Counted from the stretch's first letter, positions 28,461 to 41,038 are shown. The stretch: 64,000 bases of DNA from Candidatus Tanganyikabacteria bacterium (GCA_016867265.1 VGJW01000008.1:458-64457), one strand, 5' to 3'. Notes: a model not told the origin generated them from the letters alone. Translations and numbers: made by a program.

Positions 28461-31400
28461 ATGACTGTCTCTCCCTCCACCGACATCACGGCACGCGCGG
28501 AAGCCTCGGTCGAGGCATGGAAACGCAGGCTGCTCGACCTGTCCCTGCGCAACAGGGCCCTGAATCTCAAGACCGGTGGTCCCGGCGCGCTGGCGTGCGA
28601 GGGCCCGGATCCCGTGCAGGCCCTGCGCCACCTCGTCCTCGACGAGCAACGATATGGTTTCCACGCGACCCGAACGACCGAAGGCACCGAGGAAGATCCT
28701 GCGGTTGCTCCGGGCGTCCCGGAGGCCAGCCTGGCCGTCGCCATGACCCGGCATGCCCTGGACGGGGCACTGCGACGGCTGGATGATGCCGCCGCCCGGG
28801 CACGGGAAGACCAGGGCCTGGGCATCCTCTTCCTCTGCCTCGGGCAGATCCGCTGGGTCGACCCGCGCCAGCCGGGCACCCCGCTGCTGGCACCGCTGCT
28901 GCTGCTGCCGGTGACCCTCTCACGAAGGGCGGTCGGTGGCAGCTACCACCTCGAGGCCAGCCAGGAAGACCCCATCGTCAACCCCACCTTGGCCGAAGCC
29001 CTGCGCCACCACCACCGCATCGAACTTCCGGCCCTGCCCGACGACCTCGACCCGCCCGACGAGCAACAACCCGATCCCCTGGCGGCGTGGTTCGACGACG
29101 TGACCCGGGAAATCGGCCGGATGGACAAGGGCGCCATCGAGCACCGCGTCGTCCTGACCACGCTCTCCTTCGCGAAGTACGTCATGTATCGCGACCTGAA
29201 CGTGCTCGCGCCGGGCCTTGCCGCGCACCCCCTCGCCAGCAGGCTCTTCCAACGCAAGGTCGACGAGATGGTCGGCCTGCCCGCAAGCATGCGCGACCTC
29301 GATCTGGACCGCGACCACCCCCCGGAGAACACGCCCCAGATCGTCGATGCGGATGGCAGCCAGTTGCGCGCCGTCGCCGCGGTGTCCAGAGGCCATGACC
29401 TGGTTCTGGAAGGTCCGCCCGGCACGGGCAAGTCACAGACCATCACCAACCTGATCGCCTCGGTCCTCGCCCGTGGGGGCCGCGTCCTCTTCGTCGCCGA
29501 GAAAAAGGCGGCGCTCGACGTGGTCCATGCCAAGCTGGCGGCGGCCGGCCTGGGCGAATGCTGCCTCGAGCTTCATGCGGCCAAGGCGACACGCCGCGCC
29601 GTCCTCGCCAGCATCGGGGAGGCCCTGGATCGCTCGTTGGCGCAGGTCACCCCACCCTCGGGCGCGGGCCCCGTCCTCAAGGACAGCCGGGCGCGCCTCG
29701 CGGCCTACCTCGGAGCCCTGCATCAGACGACACCTGAGGGCGGGCTGTCGGCGCGCATGTGGATGGACCGGCTCGAACCCGTCCGTCAGGCACCACGGTG
29801 TACGCTCGAGGGCGCCCCGGCAGCGTGGAACGAGACCCTCTGGCGCGAGGCCATCCGAGCCCTCGAGGCCCTGGGCCAGACCGGCACGGCGCTTGGCAAT
29901 CCGGCCGACCACCCGTGGCGGGGCTGCCGCCTGATCCTGCTGACGGAAGACCGCACGGCCCGCATCGACGAGGCCGCGGGCCTGCTCAGGCAGGCACTGG
30001 ATACGGCCCGAGATGCGGCCGTGGCCGTGGCTGGCAACTATGGCCTGCCGCCTCTGCGCAAGCTGTCGGACCTCGCAATGGCCGCGAGCCTGGGCGACAT
30101 GCTGGCCGAGGCACCCGGCCTGCCGATGCTGGACGAGGCGTGGCAGGCGCCCCCCCCTGCCGCGACGGCAGCCCTCGAGGCCCTGCGCACCCTGGCCAAC
30201 CGGCGCAAGGCCATCGCACCCTGGGCCGAGGGCCGATGGGACGCTTGCACCGCGCTGCCCCGGGAAACCCTGTCGGCCGACCTGGCCCATGTCCGGGCGG
30301 CCCGGCAACGCCTGTGGGGCCTAGGAGCCCTGCTGGACGGACGGGTCCGGCACTTGCGGCGCCATTGGGCCAACCTCGGCGACAAACTGTCGGCCGCCGA
30401 TACCGAGCAACGTCTGGCCGACGTGGTGGCATGGCGCGACGCGGTCGCCGCCGTCGAAGCCATGGCTGCCGAGGGCCAAAGGGTCTTCGGGGGGCTGTGG
30501 CGCGGCACCGCGACCGATGCCGAGGCCCTGGGCCAGGCCATGGACTGGATGGTGGCCTTCCGAGCGCTTTGCGTGCGCCATCAGCTGTCCCGGGAGCCTC
30601 TTGCCGGGGTCGCGGGCCAACGGCATCCGGAGGTCTCGGACCTGCGGGCCTTGCGCCAGCGGCTGGAAGCCCTGCGCACCGCATTGCGATCTCTGGAAGA
30701 GGCCGTGGCCTGGCCCGAGGGATGGCTGGCGAACGAGGACCTCGATGAGGCGGATCGCCGGGTGGAAGCCCTGCAGGCACGGCTTGCGGACGGACCACGC
30801 TGGACGGCGTGGGAAGGTGCGCGACAACAGGTGCTGGCAACGGAGGGGAGACGCATCCTCGCGGCGGTCGACGACGGCAGGATTCCTCCAGCGCAGGCTG
30901 CGGCAGCCTTCCAGCGGGCCGCGGCAGTGGAGCGCCTGGATGCCCTGGTGGCCGGCAATCCGGTGCTCGCGAGCTTCAATGGTCCGGTGCACGAGCAGGA
31001 CATCGACACCTTCCGCAAGCTGGACCAGCAGGTCCTGCAGGACAATCGCCTCGGCCTGGTGGCGGGACACCGGCATCGCCTGCAGGAGGCCTTCCGCCAA
31101 CCGGACCTGCAGGCCGAGCTCCAGATCCTGCGGCGCGAGGTCAATCGCCTGCGGGCCCACCGTCCGCTGCGCGAGACCATGCGCAAGGCAGGCAGGGCCA
31201 TCCGCACCATCAAGCCGTGCCTGCTGATGAGCCCGCTGACCGTGGCCCAATTCCTGCCGCCCGACATCGAAGCCTTCGACCTGGTGGTCTTCGACGAAGC
31301 CTCGCAGTTGCCGACTCAGGACGCCATCGGCGCCATCGCGCGGGGCCGCCAGCTGGTGGTGGTCGGGGATCCCCGGCAGCTGCCGCCTACCAACTTCTTC

Positions 31401-33182
31401 CAGATCGCCCTCGACGAGGAAGTTCCTCGGGACGAGGACGGCGAGCCCCTGCTGGAAACCACCGAGAGCGTCCTCGAGGAGTTCGTGTCGGCGGGCATCC
31501 CGTTCTGCCGCCTGAAGTGGCATTACCGCAGCCAGCACCCCTCCCTGATCCAATACTCCAACGTGCAGTGCTACGACGGTGAGTTGCTGACGCCCCCGTC
31601 GCCCTTGCCGCGATCAGAGACCCTCGGGCTTGCCTTCCACCACGTCGCGGACGGCATCTATGAGGGGCAGGGCCGCAACCCTCGCGAGGCCCGTGCCGTG
31701 GCCGAAGCCGTCATGGCTCACTTCCGCCGGCACCCCGACTTGTCTCTGGGCGTCGGCACCTTCAACCAGGCACAGCAGCAGCTGATCCTCGATGAAGTGG
31801 ACCGCCTGCGCCGCCAAGAGCCCGATCTGGAAGCCCTCTTCGGACGGGACCGGCCCGAGCCCTTCTTCGTGAAGCACCTCGAAACCATTCAGGGCGATGA
31901 GCGCGACGTCATCCTGATCTCGGTCTCTTACGGCCGCAACAGCCAGGGTCGCATCCACCAGCTCTTCGGTCCCCTGAACCAGGACCAAGGCTGGCGCCGG
32001 CTGAACGTCCTCGCCTCGCGAGCTCGCAAGCGGATGGCGGTCTACGCGTCCATCCTTGCCGAGGACCTGCGCCTGGGTCCCGCGCAGTCGGATGGACCAA
32101 GGCTGCTGCGGACCTTCCTGCACTTCGCCCAGACCGGACATCTGGACCTTCCGGGCGGCCACGCCGACGCACTGCCCGAGAACGCCTTTGAGGCCGGAGT
32201 ACGCGGGGAGCTTGCACGGCTGGGCCACGAGGTCGTCTCCCAGGTCGGCGTGGCCGGCTTCCGCATTGATCTGGCCGTCATGGACCCGGCGCGACCGGGT
32301 CGCTTCCTGTGCGGCATCGAGTGCGACGGCGCCAGCTATCACAGCTCCCCCACGGCCCGGGACCGGGATCGCCTGCGCCAGCAACTGCTCGAGGCCCGGG
32401 GCTGGACCATCCTGCGGGTCTGGTCGACGGACTGGTTCAAGGACCGTGCCGGCGAGGTCGCGCGCCTGGATGCACGGTTGAAAGAGTTGGCGAGGCAGGC
32501 CCAACCGGTGTCGGCAGTCGAAACGGCGAATACGGAGGCAGCCGCGTCCATCACCGTTGCCCCAGAGGCCCCCTCTGCTGCGCCCGTTACGGCGACCGAC
32601 GGCAGCGATGCTCGCGAACGCCCCTACCGGCGCCCGGTCCTGACACGCTATGTGGCCGTCACCGAGTTGACGCCGGCGCCCGGCGGCGAGCTGGCCGAAG
32701 CCCCGCTCGACCTGCTGGCCCGCCACCTGCGCCAGATCGCGGCGGTCGAGGCCCCCATCCACGTCGATGAACTTGCGGCAAGGCTCGTGGCTATCTGGCA
32801 ACGCCGACAGGGCAGCCGCATCCGGGCGCACCTCGACAGGGCCTTGGCCATCCTGCTCCGCGAGGGTGGCTTGGTGCGTCGCGGCGACTTCATCCATCGG
32901 GAGGAAGGCCGGGTCCTGCCACGCTGCCGCACGGACGTGGCCCTGAAGGCGGATCGGATCGCACCCGAGGAATACGGCGCGGCCTTGCTCGCCGTGCTTG
33001 CAGACGGCCACGGCTTCGATCGGGACCGACTGTTGGGGGAAGTGCGGGGCGTGTTGGGCTTCAGCCGGACAGGTCCCCAGCTGGAAGCCGCCATCGAGGC
33101 CGCCATGCAGGATTTGCTGGCCCAAGGAGCCCTTGGCCAGGGCAGTGCAGGCGTCGCGCTGCGGGAAGGCCAGGGGGGCTGA
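28461..33182 (+). CDS. DUF4011-SF1 helicase-Vsr-like nuclease-DUF3320 protein (Hhe-like defence protein)
   Basis: WKRRLLDLSLRNRAL; Walker A GPPGTGKS; FDEASQ; VGDPRQLPP; QGDERD; FRIDLAV...GIECDGASYH...DRDRLRQ...GWTILRVWSTDW. Confidence 0.9.
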   Translation: MTVSPSTDITARAEASVEAWKRRLLDLSLRNRALNLKTGGPGALACEGPDPVQALRHLVLDEQRYGFHATRTTEGTEEDPAVAPGVPEASLAVAMTRHALDGALRRLDDAAARAREDQGLGILFLCLGQIRWVDPRQPGTPLLAPLLLLPVTLSRRAVGGSYHLEASQEDPIVNPTLAEALRHHHRIELPALPDDLDPPDEQQPDPLAAWFDDVTREIGRMDKGAIEHRVVLTTLSFAKYVMYRDLNVLAPGLAAHPLASRLFQRKVDEMVGLPASMRDLDLDRDHPPENTPQIVDADGSQLRAVAAVSRGHDLVLEGPPGTGKSQTITNLIASVLARGGRVLFVAEKKAALDVVHAKLAAAGLGECCLELHAAKATRRAVLASIGEALDRSLAQVTPPSGAGPVLKDSRARLAAYLGALHQTTPEGGLSARMWMDRLEPVRQAPRCTLEGAPAAWNETLWREAIRALEALGQTGTALGNPADHPWRGCRLILLTEDRTARIDEAAGLLRQALDTARDAAVAVAGNYGLPPLRKLSDLAMAASLGDMLAEAPGLPMLDEAWQAPPPAATAALEALRTLANRRKAIAPWAEGRWDACTALPRETLSADLAHVRAARQRLWGLGALLDGRVRHLRRHWANLGDKLSAADTEQRLADVVAWRDAVAAVEAMAAEGQRVFGGLWRGTATDAEALGQAMDWMVAFRALCVRHQLSREPLAGVAGQRHPEVSDLRALRQRLEALRTALRSLEEAVAWPEGWLANEDLDEADRRVEALQARLADGPRWTAWEGARQQVLATEGRRILAAVDDGRIPPAQAAAAFQRAAAVERLDALVAGNPVLASFNGPVHEQDIDTFRKLDQQVLQDNRLGLVAGHRHRLQEAFRQPDLQAELQILRREVNRLRAHRPLRETMRKAGRAIRTIKPCLLMSPLTVAQFLPPDIEAFDLVVFDEASQLPTQDAIGAIARGRQLVVVGDPRQLPPTNFFQIALDEEVPRDEDGEPLLETTESVLEEFVSAGIPFCRLKWHYRSQHPSLIQYSNVQCYDGELLTPPSPLPRSETLGLAFHHVADGIYEGQGRNPREARAVAEAVMAHFRRHPDLSLGVGTFNQAQQQLILDEVDRLRRQEPDLEALFGRDRPEPFFVKHLETIQGDERDVILISVSYGRNSQGRIHQLFGPLNQDQGWRRLNVLASRARKRMAVYASILAEDLRLGPAQSDGPRLLRTFLHFAQTGHLDLPGGHADALPENAFEAGVRGELARLGHEVVSQVGVAGFRIDLAVMDPARPGRFLCGIECDGASYHSSPTARDRDRLRQQLLEARGWTILRVWSTDWFKDRAGEVARLDARLKELARQAQPVSAVETANTEAAASITVAPEAPSAAPVTATDGSDARERPYRRPVLTRYVAVTELTPAPGGELAEAPLDLLARHLRQIAAVEAPIHVDELAARLVAIWQRRQGSRIRAHLDRALAILLREGGLVRRGDFIHREEGRVLPRCRTDVALKADRIAPEEYGAALLAVLADGHGFDRDRLLGEVRGVLGFSRTGPQLEAAIEAAMQDLLAQGALGQGSAGVALREGQGG

Positions 33183-33231
33183 ATCGGAGTCTTGGCATGC
33201 CTGAACCCGAGGTTGCGATCCAGCAGACGGG

Positions 33232-33645
33232 GTGACGCCTTGGGTCGCGGCCCTGATGCCGAGGGTTGCCACCCTCGCCAACGAGGTGGCCGCCTCGCAG
33301 GTCTATCCGCGTGGCTTCATCGGTTCGGACGGCAGGCCCGACTGGAACGCGTCGATCCTCACCTCGGCAGTCGTCCGGCCGCTGGCCTTGGGTTCCGGTC
33401 ACCTGCTGGCGGGCGATTCCGGACGCGCCACATGGGTGGGCCTCGGGGCAGCGGTGGCCAGCGCCGTCGCGTCGACGGCATTCGAAAAGGCGGCCTTGTC
33501 GGCATACAAGCCGGCAGAAAGCCGTACCGCCCTCGACGCGGCGATGATTTACCTGTCAGCCGGTGTGTACGCCGGCGTCCATGCCGCCGTTGCGTGGGAT
33601 GCCTGGCGCACGGCGGAAGGTTTCCCGACGACCGAAGCCAAGTAA
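33232..33645 (+). CDS. Small hypothetical membrane protein
   Basis: 137-aa ORF with hydrophobic segments; start uncertain. Confidence 0.5.
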   Translation: MTPWVAALMPRVATLANEVAASQVYPRGFIGSDGRPDWNASILTSAVVRPLALGSGHLLAGDSGRATWVGLGAAVASAVASTAFEKAALSAYKPAESRTALDAAMIYLSAGVYAGVHAAVAWDAWRTAEGFPTTEAK

Positions 33646-33700
33646 GCCGGTCGGGAGGCCTCGGGACCAAGCCGGCGCGACGGCTGGCCTTGACGCCGTA

Positions 33701-34339
33701 CTACAGCGGCGCGTAGATCCCGACGACGTGGCGGTTGCCCGGCGGAAAGTTTTCCGGCCCCCCGTAGCTCATGTTGCCGTCGTTGTAGAACTTGCCGTTG
33801 CCTGCCGCAATGGCGATATCCCCGGCCTTGGGGTGGCGCGTACCAGGTGTTCCAGGGCGCACGACCACCACCGATCCCGGAGGGGCGTCATAGGGGTTGT
33901 CGATGGGCAGCTTGCGCAGGCCGAGGCGGGCGGCGTGATCGCCTTGGTTCATGAACTCACCGAACTGACGCGCGTAGCGCGTATGGGTCCAGGGGATGCT
34001 GTCCGGCAGTAGGTGACCGTAACCGGCCCGCATCAGGTAGAGGTGCACGGCGCGGTAACAATAGCCTCCGGGTCGCTTGCCGCCCACTGCACGGCGGGCC
34101 ATCTCGACGAGCTTCTTCATCTGAGCTTGGCCCCGCTCGGAAATGTCCGCGTCGTCACCGGCGGGCTTGGCGGCGGGATCCGCGTGGGCTGCCCTCGCGG
34201 CCTCGCTCAGGCCAAGGGCATCGGCGCGCAGGGCCTGGGGCAGGGCCTCCGGTTCGCCCGCCTGGGACTGCCCCTGCACGGGAAGCGACGGCACGACGGC
34301 GAGGCGATGTGAAGAGGCAATCAAGGAACGATCGGGCAC
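33701..34339 (-). CDS. Putative papain-fold (CHAP/NlpC-like) amidase with FlgM-like N-terminal motif
   Basis: GGYCYRAV...APPGSVVVV...HPKAGDIAIA; DALGLSEAA motif; no signal peptide. Confidence 0.55.
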   Translation of the reverse strand: MPDRSLIASSHRLAVVPSLPVQGQSQAGEPEALPQALRADALGLSEAARAAHADPAAKPAGDDADISERGQAQMKKLVEMARRAVGGKRPGGYCYRAVHLYLMRAGYGHLLPDSIPWTHTRYARQFGEFMNQGDHAARLGLRKLPIDNPYDAPPGSVVVVRPGTPGTRHPKAGDIAIAAGNGKFYNDGNMSYGGPENFPPGNRHVVGIYAPL

Positions 34340-34395
34340 GGCACGTGCATCCTTTCGGCACGAAAGGCCGGGAGTTGGCCCGGCATCTACTCATC

Positions 34396-34422
34396 CCATC
34401 GGCCGCGATGCGGCCGGACTTG
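34396..34422 (-). promoter_or_regulatory. Sigma28-like promoter
   Basis: Minus strand reads CAAG-N15-GCCGATGG. Confidence 0.55.
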
Positions 34423-34531
34423 CCTTTGTGCGACACACACCGGTGTCCGTGATCATCCTGCCCGGCCTGGTCGAAAAAGCCTCGCCCCGGGCAAACCTGA
34501 CGTATCCGGAAGCAGCGGGTATGCTGGCGAC

Positions 34532-35302
34532 ATGCGTCAGCACGCCCTACCCGTGGCCCTTGCCGTGGTCACGATTGCCGGCTTCGCCGCCTTGCGCGCC
34601 CAAGCCTTCGATGCCTTCGACGGTCCCGTCGCGTCCAGCCAGCGCGAGACGGATCTGGTGGACCTCTATGTCTTCCGCGATGCGGAGCAATCGGATGCCG
34701 GCGTCTCGAACGACATCGACGCCATCATGACCGTGGCACCGGGGACGACCCTGAACGGCGTGCCCACCTTTCCCACGAATGCCCGCTACAACCTGCACAT
34801 CGGCCGGGTGACGGGCGGACCGACCACGACACCGGCCGGGACCGCAGACCTGACGCTGAGCGTCAACTTTGGTGCCGTATCCGGCACGCAACAGGCCATG
34901 AGAATCACGGCCATCCAACACGCGGCGCCTGCCGCGACCGCGACCGTCACGGTCAACACCGACGGCGAACCCTTGCTCACCTCGCCCCCCGCCGGGACGG
35001 GCGCGCTGGTCCACACGGCCGAGCTGACCTTGGGCAGCCAGGCCAAGGTTTCCTTCAGGGCATTTGCCGGCCTGCGCGAAGACCCCTCGTATCACGACCG
35101 TGCCCGCTTCCTGTCGATTCTCGATGGCTTGGCCGCGGGCGGCGCGGCACCGGCACCCTTCGCCTCGCCGGGCCTGGGCACGGATGCGGCAGCAGGTCGC
35201 AACGTCCTGGCCATCGCCTTGTCCCTGCCGCCCAACTTGCTCAAGGGCAGCGTCAACACGACGGTCTTCGACACGTGGCAGACCATCGAGGTGGCGCGAT
35301 GA
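34532..35302 (+). CDS. DUF4331-like secreted protein (N-terminal half)
   Basis: Signal peptide; [20 protein letters not shown] and [13 protein letters not shown] motifs. Confidence 0.7.
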   Translation: MRQHALPVALAVVTIAGFAALRAQAFDAFDGPVASSQRETDLVDLYVFRDAEQSDAGVSNDIDAIMTVAPGTTLNGVPTFPTNARYNLHIGRVTGGPTTTPAGTADLTLSVNFGAVSGTQQAMRITAIQHAAPAATATVTVNTDGEPLLTSPPAGTGALVHTAELTLGSQAKVSFRAFAGLREDPSYHDRARFLSILDGLAAGGAAPAPFASPGLGTDAAAGRNVLAIALSLPPNLLKGSVNTTVFDTWQTIEVAR

Positions 35303-36144
35303 AGGCCGGCCTTGTTTTGGGGCTTTCCCTCGCAAGCCTCGTGGCCTGCCGGCCGGCGACGACGATCGCGGGCAAGGATGGCGTCCCGGGGGCGACCGGC
35401 CCCTCGGGCCCTCCGGGCATCTCGGGCGCCACGGGCAGTCCCGGCCCGCAGGGCGTTCCCGGAGCCACGGGTTCGATTGGGCCGGCGGGGCCGACCGGAG
35501 CAACTGGCAGTCCTGGACCGTCGGGTCCGCCGGGCTCAAAGGGACAGACCGGCCCTGCAGGCAAGGACGCGGGCGTGCTCCCCAATCCGACGGCACCCGT
35601 CTCCCTCGAGGTCCTCGGGGCCAACGGCTGGGTGCAGGTGGATCGCTCCGCGCGACCGGGCTTGGCCCTGCTGTTGCGTGATGGTGCGGATCAGGACGTT
35701 TGGAACACCATGACGCCGACGGATGACGTCGCGAGCACCAGCACGAGCCTGGGCATCCGCAAAGCCTTGGCCGACTCGCTCAAGCTGCTTGGCCACAAGG
35801 ATGCCTCGGGCGACCTCGATGCAACGGGTTCGGCCATGCTGGCGGCCTTCCTGCCCGATGCTCTTCGTATCGAGACCAGCACCACGGGCGGCTACGGTGC
35901 GCAGGTGCGCACCACCACGAACACGGCCCTCGACGAAATGACGGCGACCCCATTCCTGACGGGTGGCCGGCGCATCAAGGACGACGCCTTCGACATCAGC
36001 TTGGGCTACTGGTCGGCCCATGCGACGTGGTCGGCGGGCGACGGAGTCAGCTACGACGGCCCCAATCTGGGCACCTATCCCAACGGACGCACCGGCCACA
36101 AACCGCTCAAGGGATCGTTCCCCTTCCTCGCGCCGCCGAACTAG
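35299..36144 (+). CDS. Collagen-repeat lipoprotein with DUF4331-like C-terminal half
   Basis: LVAC lipobox; 22 GXY triplets; [28 protein letters not shown] and FPFLAPPN motifs. Confidence 0.75.
   Translation: MKAGLVLGLSLASLVACRPATTIAGKDGVPGATGPSGPPGISGATGSPGPQGVPGATGSIGPAGPTGATGSPGPSGPPGSKGQTGPAGKDAGVLPNPTAPVSLEVLGANGWVQVDRSARPGLALLLRDGADQDVWNTMTPTDDVASTSTSLGIRKALADSLKLLGHKDASGDLDATGSAMLAAFLPDALRIETSTTGGYGAQVRTTTNTALDEMTATPFLTGGRRIKDDAFDISLGYWSAHATWSAGDGVSYDGPNLGTYPNGRTGHKPLKGSFPFLAPPN
35371..35568 (+). repeat. Collagen-like (Gly-X-Y)22 repeat
   Basis: Uninterrupted [12 protein letters not shown] ... GPA GKD. Confidence 0.9.
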
Positions 36145-37181
36145 CCCTCGGCCGTGTCCGTTTCGGCAACAGCCGCGACGGCCTCTACGGACTCGGGTTT
36201 GGCGACCACGGGAGGCAAGTCGTTGAAGGGCACCGCGCGCGTCGTGAACGTCAGTCCGGTGAGCGCTTCAGAAGCCTGCCACAAACGCTCTGCGACCTCG
36301 GGCACCAAGGCATGCGCTGCCGGCCGTTCGCGACGCGGGAAGCCCCGCATCCCCAAGGCCGGACCAAAGTAGTCGCCGGGCCCGACGCCACCGCCAGCCG
36401 CCGCCTTGAGCGTGGGCAAGGCTCCCATCAGGGCCGACTGGCCAAGAATGCGCGTTCCCATCGAGAAGAAGGCCTCGGCCACCACCGAACCTTGGCCGCT
36501 GCCCATCAGGTTGGTCGCGGCAAAGCCCGGATGGCACGCCACGGGCATGACCGGGAACTCGTGACGGTCGCGGCGATGGACCAGTGCCATCGTGAAAAGC
36601 AGGTTCGCCAGCTTGCTCTGGGCATAGGCCCCGAACTTGTCGTAGCGCCGGGTACCCATCAGGTCGTCGAAGGCCATCCGGCCCGCACGGTGGGCCATGC
36701 TGCTGACATGGACGACCCGCGCCGCAGGCGCGGCCATCAACAACGGCCACAGATGGGCCGTAAGCGCGAAGTGCCCCAGATGATTGGTCCCGAACTGCAA
36801 CTCGTGACCCTCGGCGGTGGTTGCCCGAGGCACGGCCATGACCCCCGCGTTGTTGATCAGCAGATCGAGCGCCGCGAGATCCTCACCCAAGGTCTCGGCA
36901 GCCGCCCGGACGCTGCCGAGGCTCGCAAGGTCCAGCGGCAGGAGCTCGACGGAGGCCTCGGGCACGACAGCCCGAACGGCAGCCAAAGCCTGCTCGCCCT
37001 TCTCTGGACTGCGGCACCCCATGATGACGCGAGCCCCCCTGCAGGCAAGCAAGCGCGCAGCCTCGAGGCCGATGCCACTGCTTGCGCCCGTGACCAGCGC
37101 CGTCCGACCCGTCAGGTCGGGCACTTCGGCCATCAGCCACTGCTGGATGTCGGGAGAAAGCTGGGGCAAGCTCAGAATCAT
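36141..37181 (-). CDS. SDR oxidoreductase (retinol dehydrogenase/WWOX-like)
   Basis: [23 protein letters not shown] and YAQSK motifs. Confidence 0.92.
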   Translation of the reverse strand: MILSLPQLSPDIQQWLMAEVPDLTGRTALVTGASSGIGLEAARLLACRGARVIMGCRSPEKGEQALAAVRAVVPEASVELLPLDLASLGSVRAAAETLGEDLAALDLLINNAGVMAVPRATTAEGHELQFGTNHLGHFALTAHLWPLLMAAPAARVVHVSSMAHRAGRMAFDDLMGTRRYDKFGAYAQSKLANLLFTMALVHRRDRHEFPVMPVACHPGFAATNLMGSGQGSVVAEAFFSMGTRILGQSALMGALPTLKAAAGGGVGPGDYFGPALGMRGFPRRERPAAHALVPEVAERLWQASEALTGLTFTTRAVPFNDLPPVVAKPESVEAVAAVAETDTAEG

Positions 37182-37232
37182 GGGTCCATCGTCCCATGCG
37201 CGGCATCGGGACGCCGTGATCCGGACCCCGGG

Positions 37233-38210
37233 TCAGGGACGCGGGGAGACAGGCTCCTTCCGGGCTTCGAGGACCAGATCCCGTGCCACGTTTGCAAAGG
37301 TCCGGTAGGTGTTGCCGCCCGGTGGTCGCTCGGACAGGATCGACACCACCAGACGTCGTCCACCGAGCGTGACGATGCCCGCGTCATGAGTGACACGCGA
37401 GGTCTCGCCGGTCTTGTGGAAGACGCGGGCACCGGGCGGCAGCGCGGCCGGGATCTTATCGTTATCCATCTGGCGGCCCAAGATCTCTTTCATGCGGGCC
37501 GAGGCCTCGGGAGAGATCAATCGGCCTTCCTCGATACGCCCCAACAGATCAGACACCTGATCCGCCCGGACTTGATTACGGCCGCCGACATAGCCGGGAT
37601 CCGGAATAGGCGCGGCCCCGCTAAGCTTGCGGTTGATTTGCAGGTCGGGCCAACCGAGGCGCGCCATGGTCGCGTTGATGTCCTGCCGGCCAAGGACATC
37701 CATCAAGGTATTGGTGGCGACATTGTCCGACCGAGTGATCATGAGATCGACCAGTTGCTGGACGGAAACCTCGTCACCGACCTTGAGGACAGGCAGCCAG
37801 GTCTCGGTCATGTTTTCGGGCCGGATGCGCACGCGCATCGCGGGATCGAGGCCCTTGTCCGCTCGCTGGCGCTCCATCTCGACCATCACGTAGAGCTTCG
37901 CGATGGAGGCGCCGGGACGGATGGATGACGCTTTCCACGTGCCCATGTCGCCCGTGACGACATCCCGTATGACGACAGAGGCATCCTGGAAACCGTGCTT
38001 CTCCATGGTCCGGGCCAGGACGGCCTGCAGGCCTTCAGCCCGTCTGGCGGCGGCTTCCGGGGAGAGGCGCACCCGATCCTTCGAAGCCGGGGGCGCGGAT
38101 GTCGGCGCGGGCGCCGGCGGGAGAGCAGGAGCGGCTTCGCGCCCGGTTCCGGGCCTCGGCGACGCGTGACGGGCAGGGGACTGACCCCAGGACCAAGCAA
38201 AAGGACTCAT
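37233..38210 (-). CDS. Class A beta-lactamase-like serine hydrolase with FlgM-like N-terminal motif
   Basis: SIAK (SxxK), SDN and HKTG motifs; Pro-rich N-terminus with DRVRLSPEA and no signal peptide; start chosen at MSPFAW. Confidence 0.8.
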   Translation of the reverse strand: MSPFAWSWGQSPARHASPRPGTGREAAPALPPAPAPTSAPPASKDRVRLSPEAAARRAEGLQAVLARTMEKHGFQDASVVIRDVVTGDMGTWKASSIRPGASIAKLYVMVEMERQRADKGLDPAMRVRIRPENMTETWLPVLKVGDEVSVQQLVDLMITRSDNVATNTLMDVLGRQDINATMARLGWPDLQINRKLSGAAPIPDPGYVGGRNQVRADQVSDLLGRIEEGRLISPEASARMKEILGRQMDNDKIPAALPPGARVFHKTGETSRVTHDAGIVTLGGRRLVVSILSERPPGGNTYRTFANVARDLVLEARKEPVSPRP

Positions 38211-38218
38211 ACAAGGAT

Positions 38219-38245
38219 TCATCGCCCCGGCGCTTCTCGGACTTG
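38219..38245 (-). promoter_or_regulatory. Sigma28-like promoter
   Basis: Minus strand reads CAAG-N15-GGCGATGA, 8 nt before the ATG at 38210. Confidence 0.5.
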
Positions 38246-38301
38246 CGCCGATATGACGGCTGTTTGACCCCTTCCCCGGAGCGGGATTAGCATGGATCGC
38301 C

Positions 38302-39048
38302 ATGGCCGCCCGAAACGCATTCCTCTCCGCGAACCCCCTTGCCGCCTACTACGGCACCACGATCGGCAAGAAGGCCGTGGTCGCTGCGACAGGCCTCATC
38401 CTGATCGGCTTCCTGTTCATCCACCTGGCCGGCAACCTGCTGATGTTCCAGGGCCCCGAGGCCATCAACACCTACGCCGAGTGGCTCGAGGACCTCGGCC
38501 ACGGGGCCGCCAAGTGGGTGGTGCGGGCCGTGTTGCTGGCCTCGGTGGTGCTCCACGTCGTGACGACGGCCCGCCTGACGCGGGAAAACCGCGCAGCCCG
38601 GCCGCAGAAGTACGCCGTGGCCGCGCCCCAGCGCTCGACGGTGGCCTCCCGCAGCATGATCCTGAGCGGCCTCACCCTGCTCTCCTTCATCATCTATCAC
38701 TTGCTCCACTACACTGTCCGGACGGTCCACGCGGCCGCGACCGCAGCCCACGAGGCCTCGCTCGCCACACCCGGCGGCAACGGGGCCTTCGCAGGCGAGA
38801 ACGTCTACAACATGGTCGTGGCGGGCTTCAGCCATCCGGGTGTCTCGTTCTTCTATGTCCTGTCGATGTTCCTGCTGTGCCTGCACCTCAGCCACGGCTT
38901 CCAGAGCGCCTTCCAGACCCTGGGCCTGTCGAACGCGCGGATGAAGCCGACGTGGGGCAAGGTCGGCATCGCCGTCTCCTGGCTGCTCTTCGTGGGCTTC
39001 GCCTCCATCCCCGTCGCCGTCCTCACCGGCCACCTCAAGGCCCTCTGA
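38302..39048 (+). CDS. sdhC: Succinate dehydrogenase cytochrome b subunit
   Basis: [17 protein letters not shown] and [14 protein letters not shown]; five-TM b558 type. Confidence 0.93.
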   Translation: MAARNAFLSANPLAAYYGTTIGKKAVVAATGLILIGFLFIHLAGNLLMFQGPEAINTYAEWLEDLGHGAAKWVVRAVLLASVVLHVVTTARLTRENRAARPQKYAVAAPQRSTVASRSMILSGLTLLSFIIYHLLHYTVRTVHAAATAAHEASLATPGGNGAFAGENVYNMVVAGFSHPGVSFFYVLSMFLLCLHLSHGFQSAFQTLGLSNARMKPTWGKVGIAVSWLLFVGFASIPVAVLTGHLKAL

Positions 39049-39062
39049 TCGGACCCCTGACC

Positions 39063-41036
<1,974 letters not shown>

Positions 41037-41038
41037 CC

